DNA of 64,000 nt, taken from Acidobacteriota bacterium. Its GTDB lineage: Bacteria; Acidobacteriota; UBA890; WLXD01. The position numbers and the translations under genes are program-made. The stretch's first letter is position 1. The number at the start of each line of letters is the position of its first letter. The stretch is taken from assembly GCA_963666055.2 (NCBI GenBank), contig CAXWPH010000015.1:1408001-1472000 (forward strand), in the 5' to 3' direction. The notes below the pieces were generated by a model. The model searched no databases, was not told the origin of the DNA, and saw only the letters and a program-made list of their open reading frames with translations. Positions 48,980 to 58,912 of this stretch are shown here, in pieces.

Positions 48980-50380
48980 GTGCCCGTGCAAGATCGACTC
49001 ATCTGCCGCCGCCGGCCGAACGCTCTGCGCGCGCTGGCTCTCGCAACTTGCTCCGCCCTGGGCTTCGGCGTGGTAGCGCTGGCACAGGGACCCGGGCCGG
49101 GGCCGCCGCTGCGCCCGCTGACCGACGCCGACTACCGCAACGGGGGTCAGTTTGACTCCAACGTCGTCGAGCTGGGGCGGCTGCTGTTCTTCGACGAGGT
49201 GCTGAGCGGCAACCGCAACATATCGTGCGCCACCTGTCACAACCCGATCGCGTTTACCGGCGACGGCTTGTCGCTGCCGCTCGGTGAGGGAGGCCGCGGC
49301 CTGGCGCAGGCTCGTACCACCGGTCGCGGCGCGGATGCGGTGCACGAGCGCGTGCCGCGCAACGCCCCGCCGCTGTTCAACCTCGGCGCGCGCCGCTTCA
49401 CGCGCTTGTTTCACGACGGTCGGGTGGCCGAGGATCCGTCGGAGCCCTCGGGTTTCCGCTCGCCGGCGGGCAACGATCTGCCGCTCGGACTGGACAGCGT
49501 GCTGGCGGTGCAGGCGATGTTCCCGCCCACCTCGGGCACCGAGATGGCAGGCCAGGCGGACGAGAATTCGGTCGGCGCGGCGGCCGCGGCAGGACGCCTC
49601 AGCGGCGACGACGGTGTCTGGGATCTGCTGGCGCAGCGGCTGCGCGATATCCCTGAGTATGTGAGGCTCTTCCGCACCGCGTTCCGCGATGTACGCCGTC
49701 CCGATGACGTCACCTTCGTTCATGTCGCCAACGCCATCGCGCAGTTCGAGGCGGCCGCCTACCGCTCTGACCGGAGCCCGTTCGACCGGTTCCTGCGCGG
49801 CGACCGGACGGCGCTCAACGGTGCCCAGGAGCGCGGTATGGACCTCTTCTATCGTCGCGGAAGCTGCTCGCGCTGCCACGGTGGTGCGTTGCAGACCGAT
49901 CAGCGCTTCCACGCCGTCGCCATGCCGCAAATCGGCCCCGGAACGGGTGATGGTGCCGACGGCCGCGACGATTTCGGGCGCGAGAAGGTCACCGGTGATC
50001 GCCGCGACCGCTTCGAGTTTCGCACGCCCTCGCTGCGCAACGTCGAGCTCACCGGACCATGGGGACACGATGGTGCCTATGGTTCGCTCGACGCGGTCGT
50101 GCGGCACTACCGGAATCCGCCGAACGCGTTGCGAGCCTACGACCGGAGTCAGGCGTACTTGCCGTCGCGACCTGATCTCGACGCACTCGACTTCGTGGTG
50201 ATGGACGACCCCGGCCGAGTTGCCGCGATCGGCGATGCCAACGATGCGCGACCGATGCGATTGTCAGATCAGGACGTGGCCGATCTGGTCGCCTTCCTGC
50301 GGGCGCTGACCGACCCCAACATGCTCGATCGGAGCGGCGATGTTCCGACCCATGTTCCGAGTGGCCTGTTGACGCAGTAG
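48980..50380 (+). CDS. Di-heme cytochrome c peroxidase/MauG superfamily protein
   Basis: LGRLLFFD..LSGNRNISCATCH, RNAPPLFN, LFHDGR, CSRCH and FRTPSLRNV.LTGPWGHDG motifs; AAGGAGG RBS. Confidence 0.9.
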   Translation: MPVQDRLICRRRPNALRALALATCSALGFGVVALAQGPGPGPPLRPLTDADYRNGGQFDSNVVELGRLLFFDEVLSGNRNISCATCHNPIAFTGDGLSLPLGEGGRGLAQARTTGRGADAVHERVPRNAPPLFNLGARRFTRLFHDGRVAEDPSEPSGFRSPAGNDLPLGLDSVLAVQAMFPPTSGTEMAGQADENSVGAAAAAGRLSGDDGVWDLLAQRLRDIPEYVRLFRTAFRDVRRPDDVTFVHVANAIAQFEAAAYRSDRSPFDRFLRGDRTALNGAQERGMDLFYRRGSCSRCHGGALQTDQRFHAVAMPQIGPGTGDGADGRDDFGREKVTGDRRDRFEFRTPSLRNVELTGPWGHDGAYGSLDAVVRHYRNPPNALRAYDRSQAYLPSRPDLDALDFVVMDDPGRVAAIGDANDARPMRLSDQDVADLVAFLRALTDPNMLDRSGDVPTHVPSGLLTQ

Positions 50381-50530
50381 CTCCGCACCTCGGCACCGCA
50401 AGCAAGCTGCTCTGCGGCGGGGCGTCTCGTGAATCGACTGCGCGGTTCCGCGGGTCGCCCCGTTGCTTGCTCCCCGAATCGCGGATACATTCGCCAGCCG
50501 ACCGCTAACCGGCTGCGCGGAGGGCTCGCC

Positions 50531-52315
50531 ATGTCGAGGATGGGAGTGCAAATGGCGTTGGCATCGATATTGGCTGTAGCTTTGGCGACCGCCGGAGCAG
50601 ACGGAGAGCCGACCCGTCAGGACGATGCCGCGATTGTTGCCCGCGAGGGCGAACGCTACTGGGAGCATGTTGTCGAGCGCAGCCTCTACCAGCGCCTGAC
50701 GCTTGGCTTGCCGATCGAATCGCTCGACTATCCGACCGAGGCCGCCGCCGAACGCTCGGCCACCTTCGCCCGCTCGTTGCTGCAGCGGCTCGACGAGGTC
50801 GACGTCGCGGGGCTATCACACACCGATGTTCTCGATCTGGAGACGTTGCGCTGGCTGGCTCGAAGCCTCGCCGACTCGGCGCAGTTCTACTGGTTTGGAT
50901 TCGAGGTCACGCCCTACTCCTCGCCGCTGCCTGACTTGCGACAGGTGCTGTTGTCCCGTTCCCTGGGTACGCGGGAAGACCGGGATCTCTACCTGAGCTT
51001 GCTCGACGATGTTGCCGGATTCATCGACTCGATACAGCCGCGACTGCGTGGCCAGGCGGATCGAGGGATCCGCGTGCCAGTGCCCGAGCTCGACACGGTG
51101 GTTCCGTTCGTCGCGGCGATGATCGCCGAGGGGCCGAACAGCCCGTTCGGTGTTCACCGGGATCGGCTTGCTGCCGTGGATGACGGCGAGTCCTACGTGT
51201 TTCTTGCCGCGGTGGACATCGCCATCGTCGAAGCGAATCGGGCGCTCCTCGAGATCGTCGATCTGGTGGATGGGGCCGAATACCGGAATGCGGCGCCGGT
51301 GGGTGTCGGAGCGTGGCAGTTTCCTGGCGGCGAAGCCTGGTACCGGCACGCTGTGCGCCAGCGCACCACGCTCGACATCACGCCCGAGGAGGTTCATGAG
51401 ATCGGCGTCGAAGAGGTCGCGCGCATCGACTCGATGATGGTCTCGTTACGCCACGATCTGGGCTACGACGGCACCAAGGCCGACTTCCATACCTTCCTTA
51501 GAACCGATCCACGGTTCTTCCCCGAGACACCACAGCAGATTCACGACGTGCTGATGGGCTATGCCGCCGAGATGGATGATCAGCTCGACTCGATGTTCCT
51601 GCGTCGTCCCGAGGCGCCGTATGGGGTCAAGCGCCTCGAACCGGAGCGTGAGCCCGGCATGACGTTCGGAACCTACGAGGTACCTACCCCCACCGAGCCG
51701 ACCGGCTACTACCGATACAACGGGTCGCAGCTCGACGAGCGCTCGATGCTCTTCTTTCAGGCGCTTACCTACCACGAGCTGGTGCCCGGTCACCATTTCC
51801 AGATGAGCTTGCAGGCGGAGAACGCCGCGCTGCCTGATTTCCGCCGCTTTTCTTCGTTCGATGCCTATACCGAGGGATGGGGCGACTACGCCTCGGGTCT
51901 CGGGGTCGAGGCCGGTCTCTACGATGACCCCTACGATGCCTACGGTCGCCAGACGATGGACATGTTCATCTCCGTGCGACTCGTCGTTGACACCGGAATG
52001 AACTTGCTCCGCTGGCCGCGGGCGCGCGCCACCCGCTACATGCTCGACAACGTGATCGAGACGGAGACGCAGATTGCCAGCGAGACGCTGCGCTATGCGG
52101 TCGACATGCCCGGCCAAGCGCTGGCCTACAAAGTGGGATCCCGGCTTTTCTGGGACCTGCGCCGCCGCGCCGAGCAAGCACTGGGTAACGGCTTCGATCT
52201 GGCGCGTTTCCACGACGCCATCCTGAGTCAGGGCTCAATGCCGTTGCAGGTGTTCGAGCAGCACGTCGACTGGTTCATCGAGCAGGAGCAAGGCGAGGGC
52301 GGCGCGATCGAATAG
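50531..52315 (+). CDS. DUF885 family protein (canonical type)
   Basis: YHELVPGHHFQ, YTEGWGDYA, RLVVDTG, PGQALAYKVG and FHDAIL motifs. Confidence 0.9.
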   Translation: MSRMGVQMALASILAVALATAGADGEPTRQDDAAIVAREGERYWEHVVERSLYQRLTLGLPIESLDYPTEAAAERSATFARSLLQRLDEVDVAGLSHTDVLDLETLRWLARSLADSAQFYWFGFEVTPYSSPLPDLRQVLLSRSLGTREDRDLYLSLLDDVAGFIDSIQPRLRGQADRGIRVPVPELDTVVPFVAAMIAEGPNSPFGVHRDRLAAVDDGESYVFLAAVDIAIVEANRALLEIVDLVDGAEYRNAAPVGVGAWQFPGGEAWYRHAVRQRTTLDITPEEVHEIGVEEVARIDSMMVSLRHDLGYDGTKADFHTFLRTDPRFFPETPQQIHDVLMGYAAEMDDQLDSMFLRRPEAPYGVKRLEPEREPGMTFGTYEVPTPTEPTGYYRYNGSQLDERSMLFFQALTYHELVPGHHFQMSLQAENAALPDFRRFSSFDAYTEGWGDYASGLGVEAGLYDDPYDAYGRQTMDMFISVRLVVDTGMNLLRWPRARATRYMLDNVIETETQIASETLRYAVDMPGQALAYKVGSRLFWDLRRRAEQALGNGFDLARFHDAILSQGSMPLQVFEQHVDWFIEQEQGEGGAIE

Positions 52316-52398
52316 GACCCTTTGCAGAGCCGCTATAGGGTGTTGCCAGAGCCGGGCGCGCCGGCGAAGCCAACCGAAAACGAGCCGCGAGGAAGCAG

Positions 52399-53376
52399 AT
52401 GACCGCTACCCATGCCATACGGATCCACGAGTACGGCGGACCGGAGGTGCTTACCTGGGAGGAGGTCGAGCTTCCCGAGGTCGGTCCCGGCCAGGCGCTT
52501 GTTCGGCATACGGCGATCGGGCTGAACTATATCGATACCTATCACCGGTCGGGCCTCTATCCGGTTGCTGAGTTGCCGGCGGTGCTTGGGGTCGAGGCCG
52601 CCGGTGTCGTCGAGGCGGTCGGCGAGGGCGTAGAGCACATCGCGGTGGGCGATCGGGTAGCGGAGGGAACCGCGTCGGGTGCCTACAGCGAGCGGCGCGT
52701 GCTGGCCGCCGAGCACCTCGTCAAGCTGCCCGCCGATGTCGATGACGAGCAGGCGGCTGCGATCATGCTCAAGGGTTTGACCGCCCGCATGCTGTTGCGG
52801 CAGACGTACTGCGTCGAGCCTGGCGATACGGTGCTCGTTCACGCCGCCGCCGGCGGCGTCGGCACCATTCTTTGCCCCTGGGCCAAGGCGCTCGGGGCCA
52901 CTGTCATCGGCACCGCCGGCACCGCTGAGAAAGCGGCGATGGCGGCGGCGAACGGCTGTGACCACACCATCGTTTACACGCGCGCGAGCTTCGCCGAGCG
53001 CGTTGCCGAGATCACCGAAGGAAATGGCGTACAGGTGGTCTACGACGGCGTCGGCAAGGTGACCTTCGACGAGTCGCTCGAATGCCTGGCACGCAATGGA
53101 TTAATGGCGAGCTTCGGAAACGCGTCGGGCGCTGTGGAGCCGTTCAGCATCCTGCGGCTGCTCCCCAAGGGCCTTTACCTGGCGCGTCCGTCGATGTCCA
53201 GCGAGATCATCCCGGGCGAGGGGCTACGTGTTGCCGCCGCCGAGCTATTCAGCGCGGTCGCCGATGGAATCGTCACGCCCACCATCGGGGTGCGATTCCC
53301 GCTGGTGGAGGTTGCCGACGCCCACCGGTCGCTGGAGTCACGCGGCACGACGGGCTCAACTGTCCTGCTGCCCTAG
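52399..53376 (+). CDS. qor: NADPH:quinone oxidoreductase (zeta-crystallin/MDR family)
   Basis: GGPEVL, AIGLNYIDTY, HAAAGGVG, VYDGVGK, SFGNASG and TTGSTVL motifs. Confidence 0.9.
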   Translation: MTATHAIRIHEYGGPEVLTWEEVELPEVGPGQALVRHTAIGLNYIDTYHRSGLYPVAELPAVLGVEAAGVVEAVGEGVEHIAVGDRVAEGTASGAYSERRVLAAEHLVKLPADVDDEQAAAIMLKGLTARMLLRQTYCVEPGDTVLVHAAAGGVGTILCPWAKALGATVIGTAGTAEKAAMAAANGCDHTIVYTRASFAERVAEITEGNGVQVVYDGVGKVTFDESLECLARNGLMASFGNASGAVEPFSILRLLPKGLYLARPSMSSEIIPGEGLRVAAAELFSAVADGIVTPTIGVRFPLVEVADAHRSLESRGTTGSTVLLP

Positions 53377-53469
53377 CAGAGTTGCTTCCGTGGCAGTTAC
53401 GCATGATCAGTATGATAAATTATACCTACTAAGTATCTTATAACATGTACGACCAAGAGAGAGACTCCC

Positions 53470-53685
53470 ATGCGAAAGAAGCGCATCACGGTGACCGTCG
53501 ACCCGGATGTCGCCGATTACCTGGACTCGGTGCCGAACAAGAGCCTCGTAGTTTCCGAGGCGGTGCGGAGCTACAGTACTGCAGAGCTTGAGCGCCAACT
53601 CCAAGAGGCATATCGCAGCGACTACGAGGACGCCTCCCGGCTCGCCGCGGAATGGGAGCCGGCCGACGCCGCGGTCGAGGAATGA
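53470..53685 (+). CDS. Ribbon-helix-helix-type antitoxin
   Basis: KRITVTVD...NKSLVVSEAV with acidic tail; ATGA overlap with the toxin. Confidence 0.75.
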   Translation: MRKKRITVTVDPDVADYLDSVPNKSLVVSEAVRSYSTAELERQLQEAYRSDYEDASRLAAEWEPADAAVEE

Positions 53686-54041
53686 AGCGTGCGCTCGAAC
53701 GCGGCGATGTCGTGCTCGTCAGACTCGATCCCGCCGAAGGTAAGGAGATCCGGAAGACGCGTCCCGCCGTGGTGGTGTCGAACGACGCCGCGTGTCGTTT
53801 CGACGCGGTGGTCCAGGTGGTCCCGGTGACGGGACTTCGCGATCGGCCCCTCCGGCCGTACGAGGTGCAGCTCGCTTCATGTCAGAGTGGGCTCGCGAAA
53901 CCCTCTCGTGCGGTCGCCAATCAGCTCCGAACCGTCACCCGGCAGCGTCTTATCGATCGCCTGGGTAGGCTGACGCCGACGGAGCTCGAAGCAGTGGATC
54001 AAGCCGTCTCCATCCAGCTCGGCCTCTGGCGCGCGCCCTGA
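53682..54041 (+). CDS. mazF: PemK/MazF-family endoribonuclease toxin
   Basis: RGDVVLVRLDPAEGKEIRKTRPAVVVSND, GLAKPS and QLRTV motifs. Confidence 0.9.
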   Translation: MKRALERGDVVLVRLDPAEGKEIRKTRPAVVVSNDAACRFDAVVQVVPVTGLRDRPLRPYEVQLASCQSGLAKPSRAVANQLRTVTRQRLIDRLGRLTPTELEAVDQAVSIQLGLWRAP

Positions 54042-54046
54042 GGACG

Positions 54047-55021
54047 CTACTTCGGTAGGTACCGCTTGGGGAACTTTGCTACGACTGTGTAGATCGGGTC
54101 GACGATGTTGGCCACCGAGCTTTCACCGAGCTGTCCAACGAGGTGGTACGCGTCCCAGCGGTCGAAGCCGTAGTCGGCTTCGAGCCACTCGATGAGCTCG
54201 ACGTGGGCGAGCCGAAACGTATCGATGAGCGGCCGGGCGCTGCCGGCGACCATGATGAACTCGTCGTCCTCGAGGCGGGGCCAGTCGATGCCGGTGTCCT
54301 TGATCAGATCGATGCGCAGCACCACGTCCATCGACGTCTCCAGCCCGGTGCCGTTGACTTCACCCTCGCCCTGACGGGCGTGGCCGTCGCCGAAGTAGAA
54401 GTAGGCGCCCTCGTGGAACACCGGCAGGTAAACGGTGGTTCCCGGGGACACCTCCTGGGCGTCCAGGTTGCCGCCGAAGTCGCCCGGCCATAGGCCAGCG
54501 AACGCCTCCTCGCCACGCGGCGCTACTGCTACCCGGCCGAGCATCGGCTTCAGATCGATGGTGATGCTGCCGCTCGCGCTGTTGGGCAGGTCCACGGTGC
54601 CGGTCATCGCCTCGCGATCGAGACGCCACTCGTAGCGCTTGAACGGAATGGGGTCGTTGAGCAACCGCAGTCGGGAGTCGGAGGCCAGGCCGCCGAAGCC
54701 GGGGCTGATCTGCGCCCCGGCAGTGTCCATGTTGGGCACCACCTCGATGATCTCGATGACCAGCGTGTCACCTGGCTCCGCGCCCTCGATGAAGAACGGC
54801 CCTACCTCGCCGGGGAAGGCGCCACCGCCCGGATCGTAGTAGGGGCCGTGGTTGGTGCGCGAGTGCAGCTCGGTGTTGGGCTGGATGCGCAGCACCGGTT
54901 CGCGCACGGCGAACGTCGGGTAGCCGATGGTCGGCTCGAAGTAGACGACTTCCTGGGCCAACGCGGTAGCCGGCAACAGGACTAGCAAGGCCAGGACGGT
55001 GAGCGATCGAGCGCTACGCAT
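54047..55021 (-). CDS. Acetamidase/formamidase family protein with signal peptide
   Basis: GPFFIEGAEPGDTL, GGNLD and GDGHARQGEGEVNGTGLE motifs; N-terminal signal ending ALA|Q. Confidence 0.9.
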   Translation of the reverse strand: MRSARSLTVLALLVLLPATALAQEVVYFEPTIGYPTFAVREPVLRIQPNTELHSRTNHGPYYDPGGGAFPGEVGPFFIEGAEPGDTLVIEIIEVVPNMDTAGAQISPGFGGLASDSRLRLLNDPIPFKRYEWRLDREAMTGTVDLPNSASGSITIDLKPMLGRVAVAPRGEEAFAGLWPGDFGGNLDAQEVSPGTTVYLPVFHEGAYFYFGDGHARQGEGEVNGTGLETSMDVVLRIDLIKDTGIDWPRLEDDEFIMVAGSARPLIDTFRLAHVELIEWLEADYGFDRWDAYHLVGQLGESSVANIVDPIYTVVAKFPKRYLPK

Positions 55022-55092
55022 GGCGTTCTCCGAACGATGGTTGGAGGTGGGGCTGCGGCAACGTACGTGGCGTCGAGCGAACAGTCAACAGA

Positions 55093-56298
55093 TCAGCTGT
55101 GCTCAGTTTCTATTGCGGCTCCCGAGCTCAGCATCGCTTCGATCTCGGTCTCTTCGTAGCCGGCCTCGCTCAGCACCTGCCGGGTGTGTTGCCCGAATAG
55201 CGGCGCCGGCCCGCGAACCGACGCGGGCGACTCGCTCAGCTTGATCGGAGGCCCGATAGTCGGCATACGACCGGCCGTGGGGTGCTCGACGTACGTGAGC
55301 ATGTCGCGGGCGAGGCTCTGGGGGTGATGCAGCGCCTCTCCCACCGAAAGCACCGGCCCTGCGGGTATACCTGCGGCGCCCAGAGCGGCGAGCCACGCGT
55401 CGGTGCCCTGCTGCTGGAGGCGTTTCTGCACGAGATCCACGAGCACCTGGCGATGCTCGAGCCGACCCGCATTGTCGGCAAAGCGGTCGTCGTCGAGTAG
55501 CTCCGGCATTCCGAGAACGGCGGGGAGTCGCTCCCAATTTGTCTGGGTAGGCGTGCCCAGGGTGATCCAGCCGTCGGCGGTGCGGAAAGCCTCGTAGGGC
55601 GCCGAAAGCGGATGCGCACTGCCCATCGGACCAGGGGACTTTCCAGTGGCGAGCGCGATGGCCGCCTGCCAGAAGGTGGTCAGGAGGCCGGCTTCGAACA
55701 GCGATGTTTCGACCTGTTGGCCGCGGCCGGTCTGGTTGCGGCGGTGCAGCGCCGAGGCCACCCCCAGCGCGGCAAGAATTCCAGCGCCGATGTCGGTGAG
55801 CGGCACGCCGACCTTCACCGGCGGACGCCCCTCGCCCTCGCCGGTGATGCTCATGATGCCCGCGTACCCCTGTGCGACAAGATCCAGGCCACCTTCCTCG
55901 GCCATCGGCCCGTTACTGCCGTAGCCGGTGATACTGCAGTAGATGAGCTCCGGAAAGTCGGCCTCGAGCGACGCGTAGTCGAGGCCGAGGCGTGCCAGGC
56001 TTCCGGGGCGATAGTTCTCGATCAGGACGTCGGCGTCGGCCAGCAGCCGCAGCAGCGCGTCGCGGCCATCGGGACTCTTGATGTCGAGCGCGATGCCCCG
56101 CTTGTTGCGGTTGAGCATCAGGAACGCTGCCGCCTCGCCGCCCTGCTCAGGCGGTACGAACTTGCGCGTCGGGTCGCCAGTTGGACGCTCGACCTTCACC
56201 ACGTCGGCCCCCAGGTCGGCAAGCATCAAGCCGCACACCGGGCCCGCCATGACGTGCGCCAGCTCGATTACCCGGACGCCGTCGAGGGGGCCGCTCAT
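55093..56298 (-). CDS. CaiB/BaiF family III CoA-transferase
   Basis: GPLDGVRVIEL, LADLGADVVKVE, NRNKR, ENYRPG, GLDLVAQ (catalytic Asp) and APLFGQHT motifs. Confidence 0.93.
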   Translation of the reverse strand: MSGPLDGVRVIELAHVMAGPVCGLMLADLGADVVKVERPTGDPTRKFVPPEQGGEAAAFLMLNRNKRGIALDIKSPDGRDALLRLLADADVLIENYRPGSLARLGLDYASLEADFPELIYCSITGYGSNGPMAEEGGLDLVAQGYAGIMSITGEGEGRPPVKVGVPLTDIGAGILAALGVASALHRRNQTGRGQQVETSLFEAGLLTTFWQAAIALATGKSPGPMGSAHPLSAPYEAFRTADGWITLGTPTQTNWERLPAVLGMPELLDDDRFADNAGRLEHRQVLVDLVQKRLQQQGTDAWLAALGAAGIPAGPVLSVGEALHHPQSLARDMLTYVEHPTAGRMPTIGPPIKLSESPASVRGPAPLFGQHTRQVLSEAGYEETEIEAMLSSGAAIETEHS

Positions 56299-57074
56299 CG
56301 ACCGTTGAACTCCGGCTTGCGCTTGCCGAGAAACGCCTCGAAGCCGGCCCGGTAGTCATCGGTTCCGAAGCACGCGTAGCCCTCGGCAATCTCTTCATCG
56401 GTTAGCGGCGCCGGATCCTGGAGCCGGCGGATGAACTTCTTGTGCCAGCGGTTGACCAGCGGCGCCCGGTCGACGATGAGCCGGGTCAGGGTGGCCACCA
56501 CGCCCTCGAGCTGGTCCTCTTTGACGACACGACCCACGAGGCCGAGCCCCAGGGCCCGTTCGGCGCTGAACACCTCCCCCGACAAGAGGATCTCCGATGC
56601 GGCGGCGGGGCCGACTGTGCGTTGAAGCAGCCCCAGCTCCCCGTAGGACATGGTCAGCCCGAGCTGGTTCACCGGCACGCCAAAGCGGCTCGATTGTGCG
56701 CACACGCGCAGATCGCAGGCGAGGGCCACCGCGAGCCCGCCGCCAACGCACACGCCGTGAATTTGAGCGACAGTAGGATGTCGGCAGGTCGTGGCCGCCT
56801 CGATGCCGGCGAGCTCGATCTTGCCGTAGGCCGTGGCCCGTTCGATGTCGGAGCGCTGCTCGGCAAACTCTGCCACGTCGGCCCCGGCGCAGAAGGCTCG
56901 ATCGCCGGCTCCGCGCACCACGATGCAGCGCACTTCGTCGTTCGCGTCGAGGGCTTGGAAAGCCTCGCCCAGTAGGCGCCACGATTCCTCGTCGAGCGCG
57001 TTGAGTCGCTCCGGACGGTTCAGCGTCACCGTCGCCAGCGGCGCCGTTGCGTCGACCAGGATCTTGTCAGCCAT
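56295..57074 (-). CDS. Enoyl-CoA hydratase/isomerase family protein
   Basis: LNRPERLNAL, AFCAGAD, CVGGG and DYRAGFEAFLGKRKPEF motifs. Confidence 0.92.
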   Translation of the reverse strand: MADKILVDATAPLATVTLNRPERLNALDEESWRLLGEAFQALDANDEVRCIVVRGAGDRAFCAGADVAEFAEQRSDIERATAYGKIELAGIEAATTCRHPTVAQIHGVCVGGGLAVALACDLRVCAQSSRFGVPVNQLGLTMSYGELGLLQRTVGPAAASEILLSGEVFSAERALGLGLVGRVVKEDQLEGVVATLTRLIVDRAPLVNRWHKKFIRRLQDPAPLTDEEIAEGYACFGTDDYRAGFEAFLGKRKPEFNGR

Positions 57075-57095
57075 GCGGTCACCGGTGGCTGCGCG

Positions 57096-58385
57096 TCAGG
57101 CTGCTCCGAAGAGCAGTCGCACCAGACTGAGCGGTATGGCGGGAACGTACGTGACCAGGAGCAGCGTTACCAGCAAAGCGGCGACAAACGGGACGTTCAC
57201 CTTGCTGACCTCCCAAATGTCGGCCTTGGCCACCGAGCACGCGGTGACCAGCACCGACGCCACGGGTGGCGTTTGCTGCCCGATTCCCAGATTGAGCGTC
57301 ACCACGAGCCCGAAGTGGACCGGGTCGATGCCGACGGCGTGTACGAGGGGCATGACGATCGGCACGACCAGAATGATCGCCGACGCCGAGTGCAGGAACA
57401 GCCCGATGACCAGGAACAGCACGTTGAGCAGCAACAGCACCATCCAGGGGCTGTCGGTAAGCCCGGTGATCCCGGCGGCGAGTTGCTGCGGCACCTGCGC
57501 CTGGGTCAGGAAGGTGCCGAGCAGTGCCGAAGTACCCACCAGCAACATGACAACGGCAGTCTGCACGCCACCCTCGAGCATGGCGCTGCGCAGGTGGTTC
57601 CAGTCGAGCTCCCGATAGACGAGCCCGCCAATGAGGATCGCTGCTACCACCGCTAGCCCGGCGCCCTCGGTGGCGGTGACGAAGCCGCCGAATATGCCAC
57701 CGAGGATGATCGCCGGTAGCGACAGCGCCCACATTGCGTCACGGAAAGTGCGCCGCAGGCGTCGTAGCTCGAATGCCTCCTCGACCGGGAAGTCGTGGCG
57801 GATCGCCATGCCGTAGGCAATGCCCATCATCAACATCCCGCCGATCAAGCCCGGGATCACCCCGGCGACGAACAGCTTGATTACCGAGGTCCCCGACATC
57901 ACCGCATACAGGATCATCGGGATCGACGGCGGAATAATCACCGCCAGCGTCGCCGAGGACGAGGTTACCGCTGCGGCGAACTCACGCGAGTAGCCCTTGC
58001 GCTGCATGGCCGGGATGAGGATCGAGCCCAGCGCTGCCACGTCGGCCACTGCCGAACCGGAGATCTCGGCGAAGAACAGCGAGGCGCCGATCGTCACCAT
58101 CGCCAGGCCACCTCGAACGAAGCCCAGCAATGCCGAGGCGAACGCAACCAGGCGTCGGGAGATGCCCGAGGCGTTCATGATCGCCCCAGCCAGAATGAAG
58201 AGTGGAATGGCAATGAGCGGGAACTTGGTGGTGCCGTCGAACAGCACCAGAGCGACGTTGGGCAGCATCGCCACCCCAGAAGTCGCCAGCATGGCAGCCA
58301 CTGCCACCACCCCTAGCGCCACGGCGATCGGCACATTCAAGAGCACCAGCCCCACCAGGCCGACGAGCATCCAGAGCAACGTCAT
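57096..58385 (-). CDS. dctM: TRAP transporter large permease
   Basis: AIPLFILAG, ISGSAVAD, IIPPSIPMILY and GQQTPPV motifs. Confidence 0.92.
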   Translation of the reverse strand: MTLLWMLVGLVGLVLLNVPIAVALGVVAVAAMLATSGVAMLPNVALVLFDGTTKFPLIAIPLFILAGAIMNASGISRRLVAFASALLGFVRGGLAMVTIGASLFFAEISGSAVADVAALGSILIPAMQRKGYSREFAAAVTSSSATLAVIIPPSIPMILYAVMSGTSVIKLFVAGVIPGLIGGMLMMGIAYGMAIRHDFPVEEAFELRRLRRTFRDAMWALSLPAIILGGIFGGFVTATEGAGLAVVAAILIGGLVYRELDWNHLRSAMLEGGVQTAVVMLLVGTSALLGTFLTQAQVPQQLAAGITGLTDSPWMVLLLLNVLFLVIGLFLHSASAIILVVPIVMPLVHAVGIDPVHFGLVVTLNLGIGQQTPPVASVLVTACSVAKADIWEVSKVNVPFVAALLVTLLLVTYVPAIPLSLVRLLFGAA

Positions 58386-58912
58386 GGTGTGCCTGCGGCG
58401 GGTGTAGCGGATGGTGCATCGGGTCGCGCCCCCGATGCGCCGAGCGTCAAGGTCTCTGCGGCCGCCAACAGCTCTGCGATCACGAACAGCAGCGCGCCGA
58501 TCGGAATTACCGACTGACTCAGTGCCACCGGCACCCACGGCAGACCAACCAAGTAGGTGCCGGCCAGCGCACGCACCACCTGGGCGCCCGAGACCGCCAC
58601 CAGCACGAAGAAGCCGATGACGATGATCTCGCGCACCACCCAGGCGATTTTTTGTCGGATCGGCGCCAGCCCTTGAATGAGCGTCGGGAAGCCGATGTGA
58701 CGCCCGTTCAGGGCTGCCAGCGCGGCGCCGTAGTAGGTCAGCCAGGCCAGGAGGATGGATGCCAGCTCGTCGTACCAGGCCAACGCCATGCCCGCCTTGC
58801 GGAAGCCCACCCCGAGCAGCACGACGATCGCGAGGCTGCCCACGAGCCCGAGCACGATGCTCTCGAGCAGCCGCTGCAGGGCGCCACGCCAACGCCCGAG
58901 ATCAGTCGGCAC
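58382..58912 (-). CDS. dctQ: TRAP transporter small permease
   Basis: WYDELASILLAWLTYYGAALA...HIG; four TM segments; lies between dctP and dctM. Confidence 0.85.
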   Translation of the reverse strand: MPTDLGRWRGALQRLLESIVLGLVGSLAIVVLLGVGFRKAGMALAWYDELASILLAWLTYYGAALAALNGRHIGFPTLIQGLAPIRQKIAWVVREIIVIGFFVLVAVSGAQVVRALAGTYLVGLPWVPVALSQSVIPIGALLFVIAELLAAAETLTLGASGARPDAPSATPAAGTP

